IMG/VR virus record: IMGVR_UViG_3300032167_000004
Location: 199,787 to 263,786 of that record
Origin: a virus
Lineage: Duplodnaviria; Caudoviricetes
DNA length: 64,000 bases
Reading direction: 5' to 3' (one strand)
Shown: positions 39,196 through 48,491 of the stretch, in pieces
Numbering within the stretch: position 1 is the first letter of the stretch
Layout: each line of letters starts with the position of its first letter
The notes under the pieces: generated by a model
Database searches by the model: none
Told to the model about the DNA's origin: nothing
What the model saw: only the letters and a program-made list of their open reading frames with translations
Program-made: the position numbers and the translations under genes

Positions 39196-39930
39196 TTACA
39201 TTTTAATTACTTTTTCAATAGGTGATTCGACCTGTTTTTTATTGTATTTATTCATATTTAAGGAAGCAGTCATCATTGTATCAAAGTCTTCAAATGTAAG
39301 AGCTGCAAATGTCGAATTTCTAGAACAAATTTCTCTAATATTAGAAGCTCTATAATATGTCTTAGATGCTGTAGGATTAGCATTAATATATTTAGAAAAC
39401 TTCTCATTAGGATTTGTTGGGTTACGATAAATTTCAGCCAATATTAACTCTAATATAGATGACGGGACTCCTAAATTAACACCATTTAAATCAAGGTTTT
39501 TCTCCCATATTGATAATAATTTATCATATGGAATATTTGTGAGTTTACCACCGAAAACTAATTTAACAAATAATTCAGCAGATGTAGAATCCTTTTGTAC
39601 AACATTTGCCATGATCATATCATTATTATAATACTTAAGAACTCGATAAGAATCAGGTTCACTATTCTTATCGTTAAATAAATTAACTTTAGTTCTATAC
39701 ATATCATTGAAATGTAAAATAATAGTAGTCGGAAGATTCATCATAGACTTTACTAATATTTTATCATTTTTATCTTTAACAATACAATTCAAAAGACCAA
39801 ATGTTTTAATAACAGTACCTTCAATTTCTGCCATACCTGTGGAAAAATAATTTTCGGGGATATAAATTTCCATATAATAACCAGTAAAGATAATACTTTC
39901 ACCATTATCTTTTAAAAAGGTTTTTAACAT
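39196..39930 (-). CDS. putative RNAP beta' extreme C-terminal fragment (virion RNAP piece)
   Basis: SILELILAEIYR and NSTFAALTFEDFDTMMTASL...ESPIEKVI resemble beta' KHIEVIV / SFISAASFQET. Confidence 0.55.
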   Translation of the reverse strand: MLKTFLKDNGESIIFTGYYMEIYIPENYFSTGMAEIEGTVIKTFGLLNCIVKDKNDKILVKSMMNLPTTIILHFNDMYRTKVNLFNDKNSEPDSYRVLKYYNNDMIMANVVQKDSTSAELFVKLVFGGKLTNIPYDKLLSIWEKNLDLNGVNLGVPSSILELILAEIYRNPTNPNEKFSKYINANPTASKTYYRASNIREICSRNSTFAALTFEDFDTMMTASLNMNKYNKKQVESPIEKVIKM

Positions 39931-39962
39931 ATATTCTCCCCCTTAAAATTTAAAAAAATAAT

Positions 39963-39997
39963 AAGGATAAGAAGGAAAATAACTCCTTCTTATCCTT
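39963..39997. terminator. hairpin/terminator
   Basis: AAGGATAAGAAGGA/TCCTTCTTATCCTT. Confidence 0.6.
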
Positions 39998-40008
39998 TTG
40001 TTTTAGTC

Positions 40009-41028
40009 TTATCCTATAATTTTAATAACATCAATAATATTATTAATAAATCTATTTTTATCCTCTTCTTTATCAAATTTATTATAGAAGAGGTTCTTTA
40101 AGTTAATAGTAAATTGAGTGAGGAATAATCCATCTGCTTTGGTATATGACTTATTATGCCAAGAAGAAATATAATGAATTACTGCAAAGACAAAGATATT
40201 ATCTCTTTCTTGATAATCTTTATCGAGGAATCTTTTTTCAAGGAAATTAAACTTAGTAAGATCGGTCTTAATATCAAGACTCTTAATAACCTTAAGATAA
40301 CGTCTATATATATAAGTTGCCTTTTTATCATCCTTATGATCCCAAAGAATATTAGCACCCTTATAACTCTTACAATAATCTTTCAGATTATCAAGGTTTA
40401 TACCATTATCGAAAGAAGTAATTAACTTAGTAAATAACTCTTTCTGTTCATCAGTCTCAGCCTTCTCTAATCTTTCAGTAAGATTAAATCTAATTAAATT
40501 AGATACATTACCAAAGGTATTAACCAACTTATCAAATTCTTCCTGAGATTCAGCAATTTCAGCATTCAGTTTAGCAATTTCCTCGTCAAACTTCTTGAAA
40601 GATTCAAGAGTTTGTTTTCTCATAATAAGGAATTCACGCTTAAACTGATTTAATTCTCTAATAGTCTTAAATGAAACAGCAAATTCAGTAACATTACCTT
40701 CTTCATCAGTCAATAATGTATCAATTTCTTCATCTGTCATATTGTCAATGTCTTCTTCAGATACATTTTCAATATTTTTATCAATGAAATCAAAATCACC
40801 AAGTTCATTAAATAATTCATTTTGTTTCTTATTTACAGATTCTACGATAGAATTAATATCATTAATTCTAGACTTTAAATTTAACAACTTAAATGCATCT
40901 ACATTTTCATCATTAATGAAATCATTATCAGTAGTATCTTTAACTTCTACAACGTTTTCTTCATCCATCGCAGATAACTGCATAACTTCCGCAGTTTCTA
41001 CAGTTTCATTATTACGTTCAGTATCCAT
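40009..41028 (-). CDS. hypothetical acidic coiled-coil protein
   Basis: 339-aa ORF, GGAGG RBS. Confidence 0.75.
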   Translation of the reverse strand: MDTERNNETVETAEVMQLSAMDEENVVEVKDTTDNDFINDENVDAFKLLNLKSRINDINSIVESVNKKQNELFNELGDFDFIDKNIENVSEEDIDNMTDEEIDTLLTDEEGNVTEFAVSFKTIRELNQFKREFLIMRKQTLESFKKFDEEIAKLNAEIAESQEEFDKLVNTFGNVSNLIRFNLTERLEKAETDEQKELFTKLITSFDNGINLDNLKDYCKSYKGANILWDHKDDKKATYIYRRYLKVIKSLDIKTDLTKFNFLEKRFLDKDYQERDNIFVFAVIHYISSWHNKSYTKADGLFLTQFTINLKNLFYNKFDKEEDKNRFINNIIDVIKIIG

Positions 41029-41050
41029 ATTTCATTATCCTCCAATAATA

Positions 41051-41815
41051 TTATTTTTCAATTTTCTTCATAATCTTTAATCTAATATCAGTATGAAGCT
41101 CATCTAATATATAATCATGCGAATCAACACATAAATTAATATATGAAGGCACAAAATCACCAATTAATCTACTAGAAGAAATTAATCCTTTAATTACACA
41201 GGCATCATAATTTTCTTGATTTGCACTAAGATTAATAAAATCGATAGGATCAATATCCAAATCAATAATATATTTAATAATAGAAGATAGATTCGTGATG
41301 ATACATAAATCCTCAGGATTTTTAATCTGTTTCTTATATGCTAAGGTAGAAACATCTTTCTTCTGATTAAGTGAATCACTAAAATGTTCACAAATAACTC
41401 TCTTATTATTGAAAATATATTTTGTAAAAAATCTAGTAATATTTTTATGATATCTAAGAATAAAATATTTATAAATAGATTCTCCGATATCTACAGCATT
41501 TGAATAAGAAGAAATACTTTCAATATCTAAACCTAATTCAAATTTATTATTAATATTATCCATAATAAAAGTAAAGAACTCAATAAGCTTTTCGTTTAAT
41601 TCGGCAATAAGTTCTTCATTATCTTTAAACTCTTCTCTATATACTTCACATTTATCTAAAATCACATCAATATAATTCGTAGAAGAATTAACAGGATCAT
41701 TAATTTGTTCAATAATACTTTCTTTAATTAAATCAAAAGGAAGTTCTGCTAATAATGATTCCATTTCAGTTGATGTGGCTAATTCATATTCGTCTTTATC
41801 ATAAAAAAGTGACAT
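41051..41815 (-). CDS. hypothetical late protein
   Basis: Late motif at 41854-41865; ATG 41815 fits the RBS-like GAAAGGGCGG. Confidence 0.7.
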   Translation of the reverse strand: MSLFYDKDEYELATSTEMESLLAELPFDLIKESIIEQINDPVNSSTNYIDVILDKCEVYREEFKDNEELIAELNEKLIEFFTFIMDNINNKFELGLDIESISSYSNAVDIGESIYKYFILRYHKNITRFFTKYIFNNKRVICEHFSDSLNQKKDVSTLAYKKQIKNPEDLCIITNLSSIIKYIIDLDIDPIDFINLSANQENYDACVIKGLISSSRLIGDFVPSYINLCVDSHDYILDELHTDIRLKIMKKIEK

Positions 41816-41970
41816 ATATTTTAAAACCGCCCTTTCCATGCTTATATTTTAATTACCAAAATGTTACATAATAAATTAAAATCTATATTAGTATATTATA
41901 ATATTATAAGTATATATTATTAATATAGCAAATATATAAATATAATTTTTAATATAGGGGAGAAATTATT

Positions 41971-42417
41971 ATGGAACAAACTGTAATGACTAAAAGAATG
42001 TACGCAAATTCCATTGTTGATGGTTTTTGTAAAATGATGAACTTAGACCGAGCTACAGTGACAACTGAAGATTGGGGATACTATATGAAATATAGCAGTA
42101 AGTTGTCAGTATGTTTGGAATATTTGAATCTCTTGTCTGATAGAGATTTGGCATATGCTAAATGTAGGGGAGGTATCTATGATATCGATCCTGAAACTTT
42201 TAAAGTCATCAGTGTTAGAGAATATATGGCAACTTTGCCTGATGATGAAATTCCTGAAAAGGAAACTCGCAGACTGTTTGCAATTGGAGCAACCCTGAAT
42301 TCTATACTTAGAATTTTTAGGGAATATAGGATCAGTGGATATAAATTCAATATCAATATTAAAGTTAGTATTGACCATGTGAATAAAACTGTGTCCATTA
42401 CTGATAGGGAGGAATGA
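41971..42417 (+). CDS. hypothetical early protein
   Basis: GGGGAG RBS; early motif at 41908-41920. Confidence 0.75.
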   Translation: MEQTVMTKRMYANSIVDGFCKMMNLDRATVTTEDWGYYMKYSSKLSVCLEYLNLLSDRDLAYAKCRGGIYDIDPETFKVISVREYMATLPDDEIPEKETRRLFAIGATLNSILRIFREYRISGYKFNINIKVSIDHVNKTVSITDREE

Positions 42418-42680
42418 TATTAATGGGTATTGAAAGATTCCTGACTGAGAATTTATCTAATGCAGCATATGATAAATTTATTCAGTCAAAAAATAAAATT
42501 TTTGATTATACATGGTTTAATTCTGATTATAGTGTTAAACAAAAATCAGGCAAATGTATAGTAACATCTCGTCGATACAGTATTGTATATGACTGTGATA
42601 TTATCAGTATTAAAGATATTGAAACTGAGGAAAGTATCACAGATGACATTTTCCATTTAAGTCTAAAAGAGACTGAATAA
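42414..42680 (+). CDS. hypothetical early protein
   Basis: GGAGG RBS; ATGA overlap with upstream gene. Confidence 0.7.
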   Translation: MILMGIERFLTENLSNAAYDKFIQSKNKIFDYTWFNSDYSVKQKSGKCIVTSRRYSIVYDCDIISIKDIETEESITDDIFHLSLKETE

Positions 42681-42682
42681 AT

Positions 42683-42724
42683 AATAAAGTGGTTAATGGA
42701 ATTTTTCCCATTAACCACTTTATT
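42683..42724. terminator. bidirectional terminator
   Basis: AATAAAGTGGTTAATGG/CCATTAACCACTTTATT. Confidence 0.75.
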
Positions 42725-42726
42725 TT

Positions 42727-43857
42727 TTAACTATTCAAATCATCAAATAAATCTAAAGAAAAACCATAATCTTCATGACCAGTTTCATCCATACTTCTAT
42801 ATGTATTCATGAATCCTACACGATTATTAAATTCTTCAGATTCTCTTTGTGCTTTTTGCATTTCATTATATAATTTCATTGAATATGGATCTAATTTAGG
42901 TTCATACTTTTTTTTGTTTCCATCAGCATAACTAATCTCATTATGTAAATCTGCTCTGCTCAATAATCCACGTTTTTCTTGAATCATTGATCGCATATCA
43001 ATTTCCATATTAAAATTATTATCATTCTGTGTATTAATTCCTAAAAATTCTCTATCATTATCAGATAAAGCATTAACAATTTCACCATAATCCATTCCTT
43101 TATTTCTTTCTTCCTCTTCAGGAAGAACACCTCTAGTAAATCCATAACGTGCTAAATTATTACCATAGTAATAAAGATATAAACACATTAAGAAGGACAT
43201 AATAGAGTCATCATGTGCTCCTGAGATTGCCTGAATCTTCGAACGTATACGAACTAATTTCATTAAATCATCAATTACATTAGCACCAACGAATGATTCC
43301 TTATGCTCTTTTACATAATCATCAAGAAGTGAGAACATAACATCACGAGATTTACCTCCCGTCCAGATGCCATATAGTTTGCGTCTAGCAGCTTCTTGTC
43401 TAATAAAACCTTGACCATCTAATTTATCATCAACATTATTAATTAATTCTTTATTATTATCATAATATAGATTACCTCTAATTTCACTATCTCTTAAATG
43501 GTCAAGAACAGCTTCACCGTTAGCATTTCTTTCGATAGCAAGTATAGATCTAGGTAAATATTTCATTACTAAGATATATAAGAATTTAATTAAGTCTTTA
43601 ACACCAATATGTGGAGATTTAAATTCTGCAACAGTTTTTAATGTATAAGGATCCCAAACAGTAACAGCAGAGTTATCCAATCCATAACCATTTGAAACAT
43701 CAACACCAACAAAATATATTCTTTTTTTATCTAATGGTTCATATACATCTAATTTAAAAATTCTATTAATATAAATTTCTTCTTTAATAGTACCTTTTCT
43801 ATCCTGAATAGCATCAAGATCTTCAGGATCATAAGGGGACTGAGAGCTACCGTGCAT
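42727..43857 (-). CDS. terL: terminase large subunit, exon 3 (nuclease domain)
   Basis: FVGVDVSNG, IERN, HDDSIM; begins right after the intron terminal G at 43858. Confidence 0.85.
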   Translation of the reverse strand: MHGSSQSPYDPEDLDAIQDRKGTIKEEIYINRIFKLDVYEPLDKKRIYFVGVDVSNGYGLDNSAVTVWDPYTLKTVAEFKSPHIGVKDLIKFLYILVMKYLPRSILAIERNANGEAVLDHLRDSEIRGNLYYDNNKELINNVDDKLDGQGFIRQEAARRKLYGIWTGGKSRDVMFSLLDDYVKEHKESFVGANVIDDLMKLVRIRSKIQAISGAHDDSIMSFLMCLYLYYYGNNLARYGFTRGVLPEEEERNKGMDYGEIVNALSDNDREFLGINTQNDNNFNMEIDMRSMIQEKRGLLSRADLHNEISYADGNKKKYEPKLDPYSMKLYNEMQKAQRESEEFNNRVGFMNTYRSMDETGHEDYGFSLDLFDDLNS

Positions 43858-44035
43858 CAAATATATTCATATAGAAGTATTAATTCTATATAGTTCATTT
43901 AAGAACTTCTATATATTTCTATATAGTTTAGACTATATCTTCATCCTTTAATAAGGAGTTTCCTATTAATATTTATTTAAATACTATAGTCGTTGAACCT
44001 TCTAAAAAATAATTTTCCGTAAACTCACCAATTAT

Positions 44036-44048
44036 AAATATATATTAT
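44036..44048 (+). promoter_or_regulatory. early-type promoter motif inside intron 2, antisense to terL
   Basis: AAATATATATTAT, identical to copies upstream of early genes. Confidence 0.6.
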
Positions 44049-44052
44049 TTAT

Positions 44053-44351
44053 ATGACATAGATATAGAAATATACTTTATGTCATTATACTTATTTGTGA
44101 TCAAATATACAGATCACAAAATTAACTCTACCAAAGTTGTTGAAATCCTATCATCTAAGGAATAGACAAGCTAACCTTATTAAGGTAGTTAGTGCATCCC
44201 ATTGAGGAGTAGATCTGAAATCCTGAGATCGAAACGGTAGAGCATCCTAACAGAAATCTGAAGGATGAAACTGCACAAATCCTACTAGTAATAGTAGTTC
44301 AGGGTGAGTCCTGGAATAAGGAATGGTGAACAGGCACCATTTCTTTTTTTT
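44053..44351 (+). ncRNA. candidate structured ncRNA nested antisense in the P6 loop of intron 2
   Basis: No long ORF seen; GC-enriched; several helices incl. CTCTACC/GGTAGAG; ends in hairpin ATGGTG/CACCAT plus T run. Confidence 0.55.
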
Positions 44352-44451
44352 ATTTTTTTAGCTTGGCTGCTGATTATCTATTCATATAGACTTTCCAGCA
44401 ATTAAGGAAATTCATATATCATATTACTATGATATGACGCTTATTTATTTT

Positions 44452-44778
44452 ACGTCTTAAGAATATCTCTCGTTGAATTTTTAATTTATCACCATTAAGA
44501 TATGCACATACTTTATTAAACCATGCTTCATCTTTACCTAACTGCTGATACTGAAATTCAATATAAACAATTCGGTTAATAGAGTTGGTTTCAATATAAT
44601 CATATACATCTTCAATAGGTTTATCATAAAATGTTTCAGAGAATTTACAAGTATTTTCAATAATCTCTAATGCATCCATACCTGCCTGGGAGTCGAGATC
44701 TCCAGGAGTACTTGTTAGTATCCGACAATGAATAGAATTGTTCCTTTTTGCATTTTCAGATGCCGTTGAATATGCAGG
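44452..44778 (-). CDS. terL: terminase large subunit, exon 2
   Basis: 109 codons PAYSTAS...RILTSTPGD...REIFLRR, in frame with exons 1 and 3. Confidence 0.85.
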
Positions 44779-44955
44779 CTTTTTTATATTTCTATAAAAA
44801 ATAGACTATATCTTCATCTTATATACTATCACCATATATAAAATGCTCTCCATTTCCATTCTTTTTCTTTTTTTATGAAAAGGAATGTACTCTACTCAGT
44901 TACTCTCATAAGTATTTCTCTTATGATACCTTTTCGATAGTCGTTGAACTGTATT

Positions 44956-45549
44956 TTAAAAATTATAATGAGCAGATATATTTTTTCTAAGTCTACGTTT
45001 TTTGACATGTCTCAAAAAATAATATAATTTTAAATTATCACCACATTTACTGTATCCAAGAACTTCCATAACATCTGGAACATCAAATCCGTCAGCAAAT
45101 AATTTACAAACTTGATGTGTTAGCTCATCAGAATAAACACAAAAACCATTAGATTCACCATATAAATGATTTATATGTGGTTTCGCAGATCCATGTCTAT
45201 ACGAATGTTTATTATTTTCAGATTGTGTTGTCCATTCTAAATTTTTATAATAATTATGGTCACGAATTGTATCAAGATGATTTACAAAAATTTTATCGGT
45301 AGTTTCATCATACCCATCACAAAAATTAAAAGCAACTAAACGATGTAAATAAATATACATTGTTGTGCCATCTTCGGCTTTAAAAGTACCTCTAATATAT
45401 CCATCTTGATCTCTGGAATTAATACGTTTAAGTTTACCAGTTTTTTTATTTCTGACATTTCCATAATTACTTATTTCATAATTATTTTTCAATCCTGGAT
45501 ATCGTGCATCGACAAACCTTTCAGGTTCATCATCAATAATTATATACAT
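44956..45549 (-). CDS. NUMOD4-HNH homing endonuclease
   Basis: YEISNYGNVRN (NUMOD4), LHRLVA, VNHLD...N..NLEWTTQSENNKH (HNH). Confidence 0.9.
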   Translation of the reverse strand: MYIIIDDEPERFVDARYPGLKNNYEISNYGNVRNKKTGKLKRINSRDQDGYIRGTFKAEDGTTMYIYLHRLVAFNFCDGYDETTDKIFVNHLDTIRDHNYYKNLEWTTQSENNKHSYRHGSAKPHINHLYGESNGFCVYSDELTHQVCKLFADGFDVPDVMEVLGYSKCGDNLKLYYFLRHVKKRRLRKNISAHYNF

Positions 45550-45583
45550 AACACATCATCCTATTCTACAATAATTTTAATAA

Positions 45584-45595
45584 TAAATATCTGTT
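45584..45595 (-). promoter_or_regulatory. intron-internal late-type promoter for the HNH gene
   Basis: AACA-GATATT-TA about 35 nt upstream of the HNH start. Confidence 0.6.
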
Positions 45596-45778
45596 CATAA
45601 TTGAATAATTTTTAAAATATTAGCTGCGGATTGTCCAATCTTATAACCTTTTTACTATACCTTTGGAATTACCCATCGCCACTAATATATCACTATATTA
45701 GTTTAGTAGTTATAAACTTAAGGAGTTTCCCGCAATTAAGAGAGTTATCACAATATAACAATTGTGAAGGCCCGTTTG

Positions 45779-46501
45779 ACCCGATGCTGCCATAATAGTT
45801 TTAATATATGATATGAATTCGAATTCATCATAGTATTGAATAACTTGTGAAGAACCACGACCAATTCTTTCAGCAGATTCAATACCACGAGCTGAAGGTT
45901 TAGTAACAATACTATTACCATTAGAAGCGTTCTTTAATGTCTTAGTATTGTCAACACCTTTAATTTCTTTACCATCATCATCAAAAGCAATCTTGAATTG
46001 TAAGTATGCTGGCAATAATGCTCTTTGGTCTTTTACTTTAGTTAAGTTAGCAATTGCACGTTCTGCAGTAATATTTAAGAACATCATTTCTGCATTAGTA
46101 GAACCGAATAAGAATGCCCAGTTTATATTGGCAACAGTAGATTCTGTTTTACCAATCTGACGAGGAATAACTAAGTAATTATCAATACCATTAATAAAAC
46201 ACCAAGTAGCTGCTAAGTTTGCTCTATTTAAAAGATAAGGAACACCTTTAGGGTTGCCTTGGTCAGGAATTCTAGCAACTTCTCGTAAAAAGTACCAAGG
46301 ATTGATAATACACTCATTAATAATACGAACGATTTGATCATCACTTAAAAATGGAGAATGTGGATCTACTCCTCTTAAAGAAGGATCATACAACTTTAAG
46401 AAGAACATGTTATTCTTAATTCCTAATTTCTTTAAGTCTACGGCAGTTTGTACAAATGAGATATTTGTAGTATTAACATCGTAGATAAAATTTCTTGACA
46501 T
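45779..46501 (-). CDS. terL: terminase large subunit, exon 1 (ATPase)
   Basis: NPWYFLRE, PRQIGKT (Walker A), GRG, QYYDEFEF (Walker B); late motif at 46531-46542. Confidence 0.88.
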
Positions 46502-46636
46502 TATTCTCCTCCTTTATAATATTTATCGATTACAAAAATGTTAAAATTATACTCTGTAACAAAATAATAATGAATAAAAATATATATTATCTATATAGAT
46601 ATACATAATAATTTTTGCTAATTATGGAGGATTACT

Positions 46637-47008
46637 ATGTTATATAGGTATGAATTTGAATCTGGATGTGAATATCCACATACTGGAATTATACTTGGAT
46701 TAGATGATATATTTGATAAATTTAATAATAATTTATTAAACACTATAGTATTTTTTGAAAATAATCTTAAAGCTCCTATTATATATACTGACATTAATGA
46801 AAGAGTTACATTTTATTTTACAGAAAAAGGTAATGAAAAATTTAATAACTGTATAAAAACAATTAAAGAAGAAGCTTTAAAACTTGGTATAAATATTATT
46901 AGATTAGAATTAGATAAAGATATAGTTAATAAAATCTATTATGAAGATGAATATCAAGTTGTTGTTAATGATAAATATATTAATAATAGTAAAGTGTTTA
47001 GAATATAA
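46637..47008 (+). CDS. hypothetical early protein
   Basis: GGAGG RBS; early motif at 46578-46590. Confidence 0.75.
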   Translation: MLYRYEFESGCEYPHTGIILGLDDIFDKFNNNLLNTIVFFENNLKAPIIYTDINERVTFYFTEKGNEKFNNCIKTIKEEALKLGINIIRLELDKDIVNKIYYEDEYQVVVNDKYINNSKVFRI

Positions 47009-47015
47009 AATATTG

Positions 47016-47051
47016 AATGAGAGATAAGGATTAATTTCCTTATCTCTCATT
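47016..47051. terminator. bidirectional terminator
   Basis: AATGAGAGATAAGGA/TCCTTATCTCTCATT. Confidence 0.75.
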
Positions 47052-47056
47052 TTTAT

Positions 47057-48346
47057 TTATCCTTCATAACCCTTAGGGGCCCGAACCCAGACCGTTAGTT
47101 GTTTATCAATAATCTTAGTAGCTAATATATTTTTTCTAAGTTCTTCTAACTGTTCTTTCATATCAGTTAAAGTTCTCTTAGACTGCATAACCTTAGATCC
47201 TAGATCTTTATCAGCAGATTCAATATAATCTAAACCTCTATCGATTAATTCCATATAGGAATATAATTTATCTAATAAATAAATCTTGTCATCAACAGTT
47301 TCAATTCTTTCACATTCAACTGCTAAGATATCAATATCATTCTGATTAATTTTTTTCAGCTTACCATTCTTATCAAATAAATTACTAGCAGCTTCAGTCA
47401 TTACTCTAGTAACAAATTGATCTAAAATCTGATCAGTTCTTAATTCATTATATTTATCTTCAGTTAATCCAGCATTCTCAGATAATAAAATTCTATATTT
47501 ATCATTAGATTCACCGAAGAAACTATTATAAATATCCTGAATAACCTGTTTAGTTAATACACTAGGATTCTTTAACATTTCAACCTTTAATGCATTTCTT
47601 AAAGATTTCTTTCTAAACTCTAATTCAGTAATATTTAATACTGTCCAATTAACTACAATATTAATTTCATTTTCAAGTTCTTTATCAGTCTGATTAACTA
47701 AAGAATTACCTTGACTCTTAATTAATTTATTAATAAAAGAATCTAAGTCTCCACCATATCCATACTGAATAACAAATTTATCAGCAGTCTTTTCAGTTTC
47801 AATATTTGTGTACCTATAATTTTTAGTATGACAAGATTCAATAATTGCAATATTGAATAATTTACGAATCTTTTCAGTAGAAATTAATTGTCTTAACTGA
47901 TAGTTTAATTTAACAATCTTGAACTTAATAACTTTATATAATCTCTGAGGAATAGTATTAGAATATACCACATGACCAATTTCATGTAATAATACTGCAG
48001 TAATTTCCTGAGGATTGGCATTAAGATTCATATCATATAATAAGATACTATCAATCTCAATATTCCAATCATTATTTTTTTGCCAGATTTTTAATACATC
48101 ATCCATATTAGATTGATTATCAATAATAGATTCAATCATTAAATCCATTGTAGAAATAGAAGGAAATACATTCATACCGAAGAATGTATTTGAATTATTA
48201 TTTACAATGGTTAATGTGCAATTAATATCAAATACACGTTTCAGTGCAAGACTGATTTTATTTAAATTATCATTGACAGCAACTTTATTCTTAATAGACA
48301 TAAAGCACTTCTCAATATATAATAAATCATCATTTTTATTAATCAT
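47057..48346 (-). CDS. HExxH zincin-like protein, probably virion-associated
   Basis: EITAVLLHEIGH and downstream E..AD; ATG 48346 after AAAGGAG. Confidence 0.7.
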   Translation of the reverse strand: MINKNDDLLYIEKCFMSIKNKVAVNDNLNKISLALKRVFDINCTLTIVNNNSNTFFGMNVFPSISTMDLMIESIIDNQSNMDDVLKIWQKNNDWNIEIDSILLYDMNLNANPQEITAVLLHEIGHVVYSNTIPQRLYKVIKFKIVKLNYQLRQLISTEKIRKLFNIAIIESCHTKNYRYTNIETEKTADKFVIQYGYGGDLDSFINKLIKSQGNSLVNQTDKELENEINIVVNWTVLNITELEFRKKSLRNALKVEMLKNPSVLTKQVIQDIYNSFFGESNDKYRILLSENAGLTEDKYNELRTDQILDQFVTRVMTEAASNLFDKNGKLKKINQNDIDILAVECERIETVDDKIYLLDKLYSYMELIDRGLDYIESADKDLGSKVMQSKRTLTDMKEQLEELRKNILATKIIDKQLTVWVRAPKGYEG

Positions 48347-48432
48347 CTTTAATATTACTCCTTTCAATATACTAAATATTAATCCTTTTTCTATTATATT
48401 AAAGTTTAATATATTGTGGATAAAAATAAAAA

Positions 48433-48461
48433 TGGACATAGGGTAAATTACCCTATGTCCA
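48433..48461 (-). terminator. terminator of the major capsid gene
   Basis: TGGACATAGGGTA/TACCCTATGTCCA with T-rich tail on the minus strand. Confidence 0.75.
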
Positions 48462-48491
48462 AATGTTTATGAGTTATTTATAAATATTTAA

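Larger units (their letters stand above)
43858..44451 (-). ncRNA. group I intron 2 of terL (594 nt, no ORF)
   Basis: P1 exon GACGU / intron GCGUC with U.G; P AATTGCTGGAAA, Q AATCAGCAGCC, R GTTCAACGACTA, S AAGATATAGTC; terminal G; removal restores frame. Confidence 0.88.
44779..45778 (-). mobile_element. group I intron 1 of terL (1000 nt) with homing endonuclease
   Basis: 5' splice site after GGGU with IGS GGCCU; P AATTGCGGGAAA, Q AATCCGCAGC, R GTTCAACGACTA, S AAGATATAGTC; terminal G at 44779; ORF between Q and R. Confidence 0.9.

Noticed and set aside
44190-44280. Hammerhead ribozyme in the intron 2 insert
   Set aside because: GAAAC is present but no CUGANGA core in the required position
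44419-44679. Stand-alone 86-aa ORF, and the tracked ends of 45710-46501 and 42727-43860
   Set aside because: These are terminase exons reading into intron sequence
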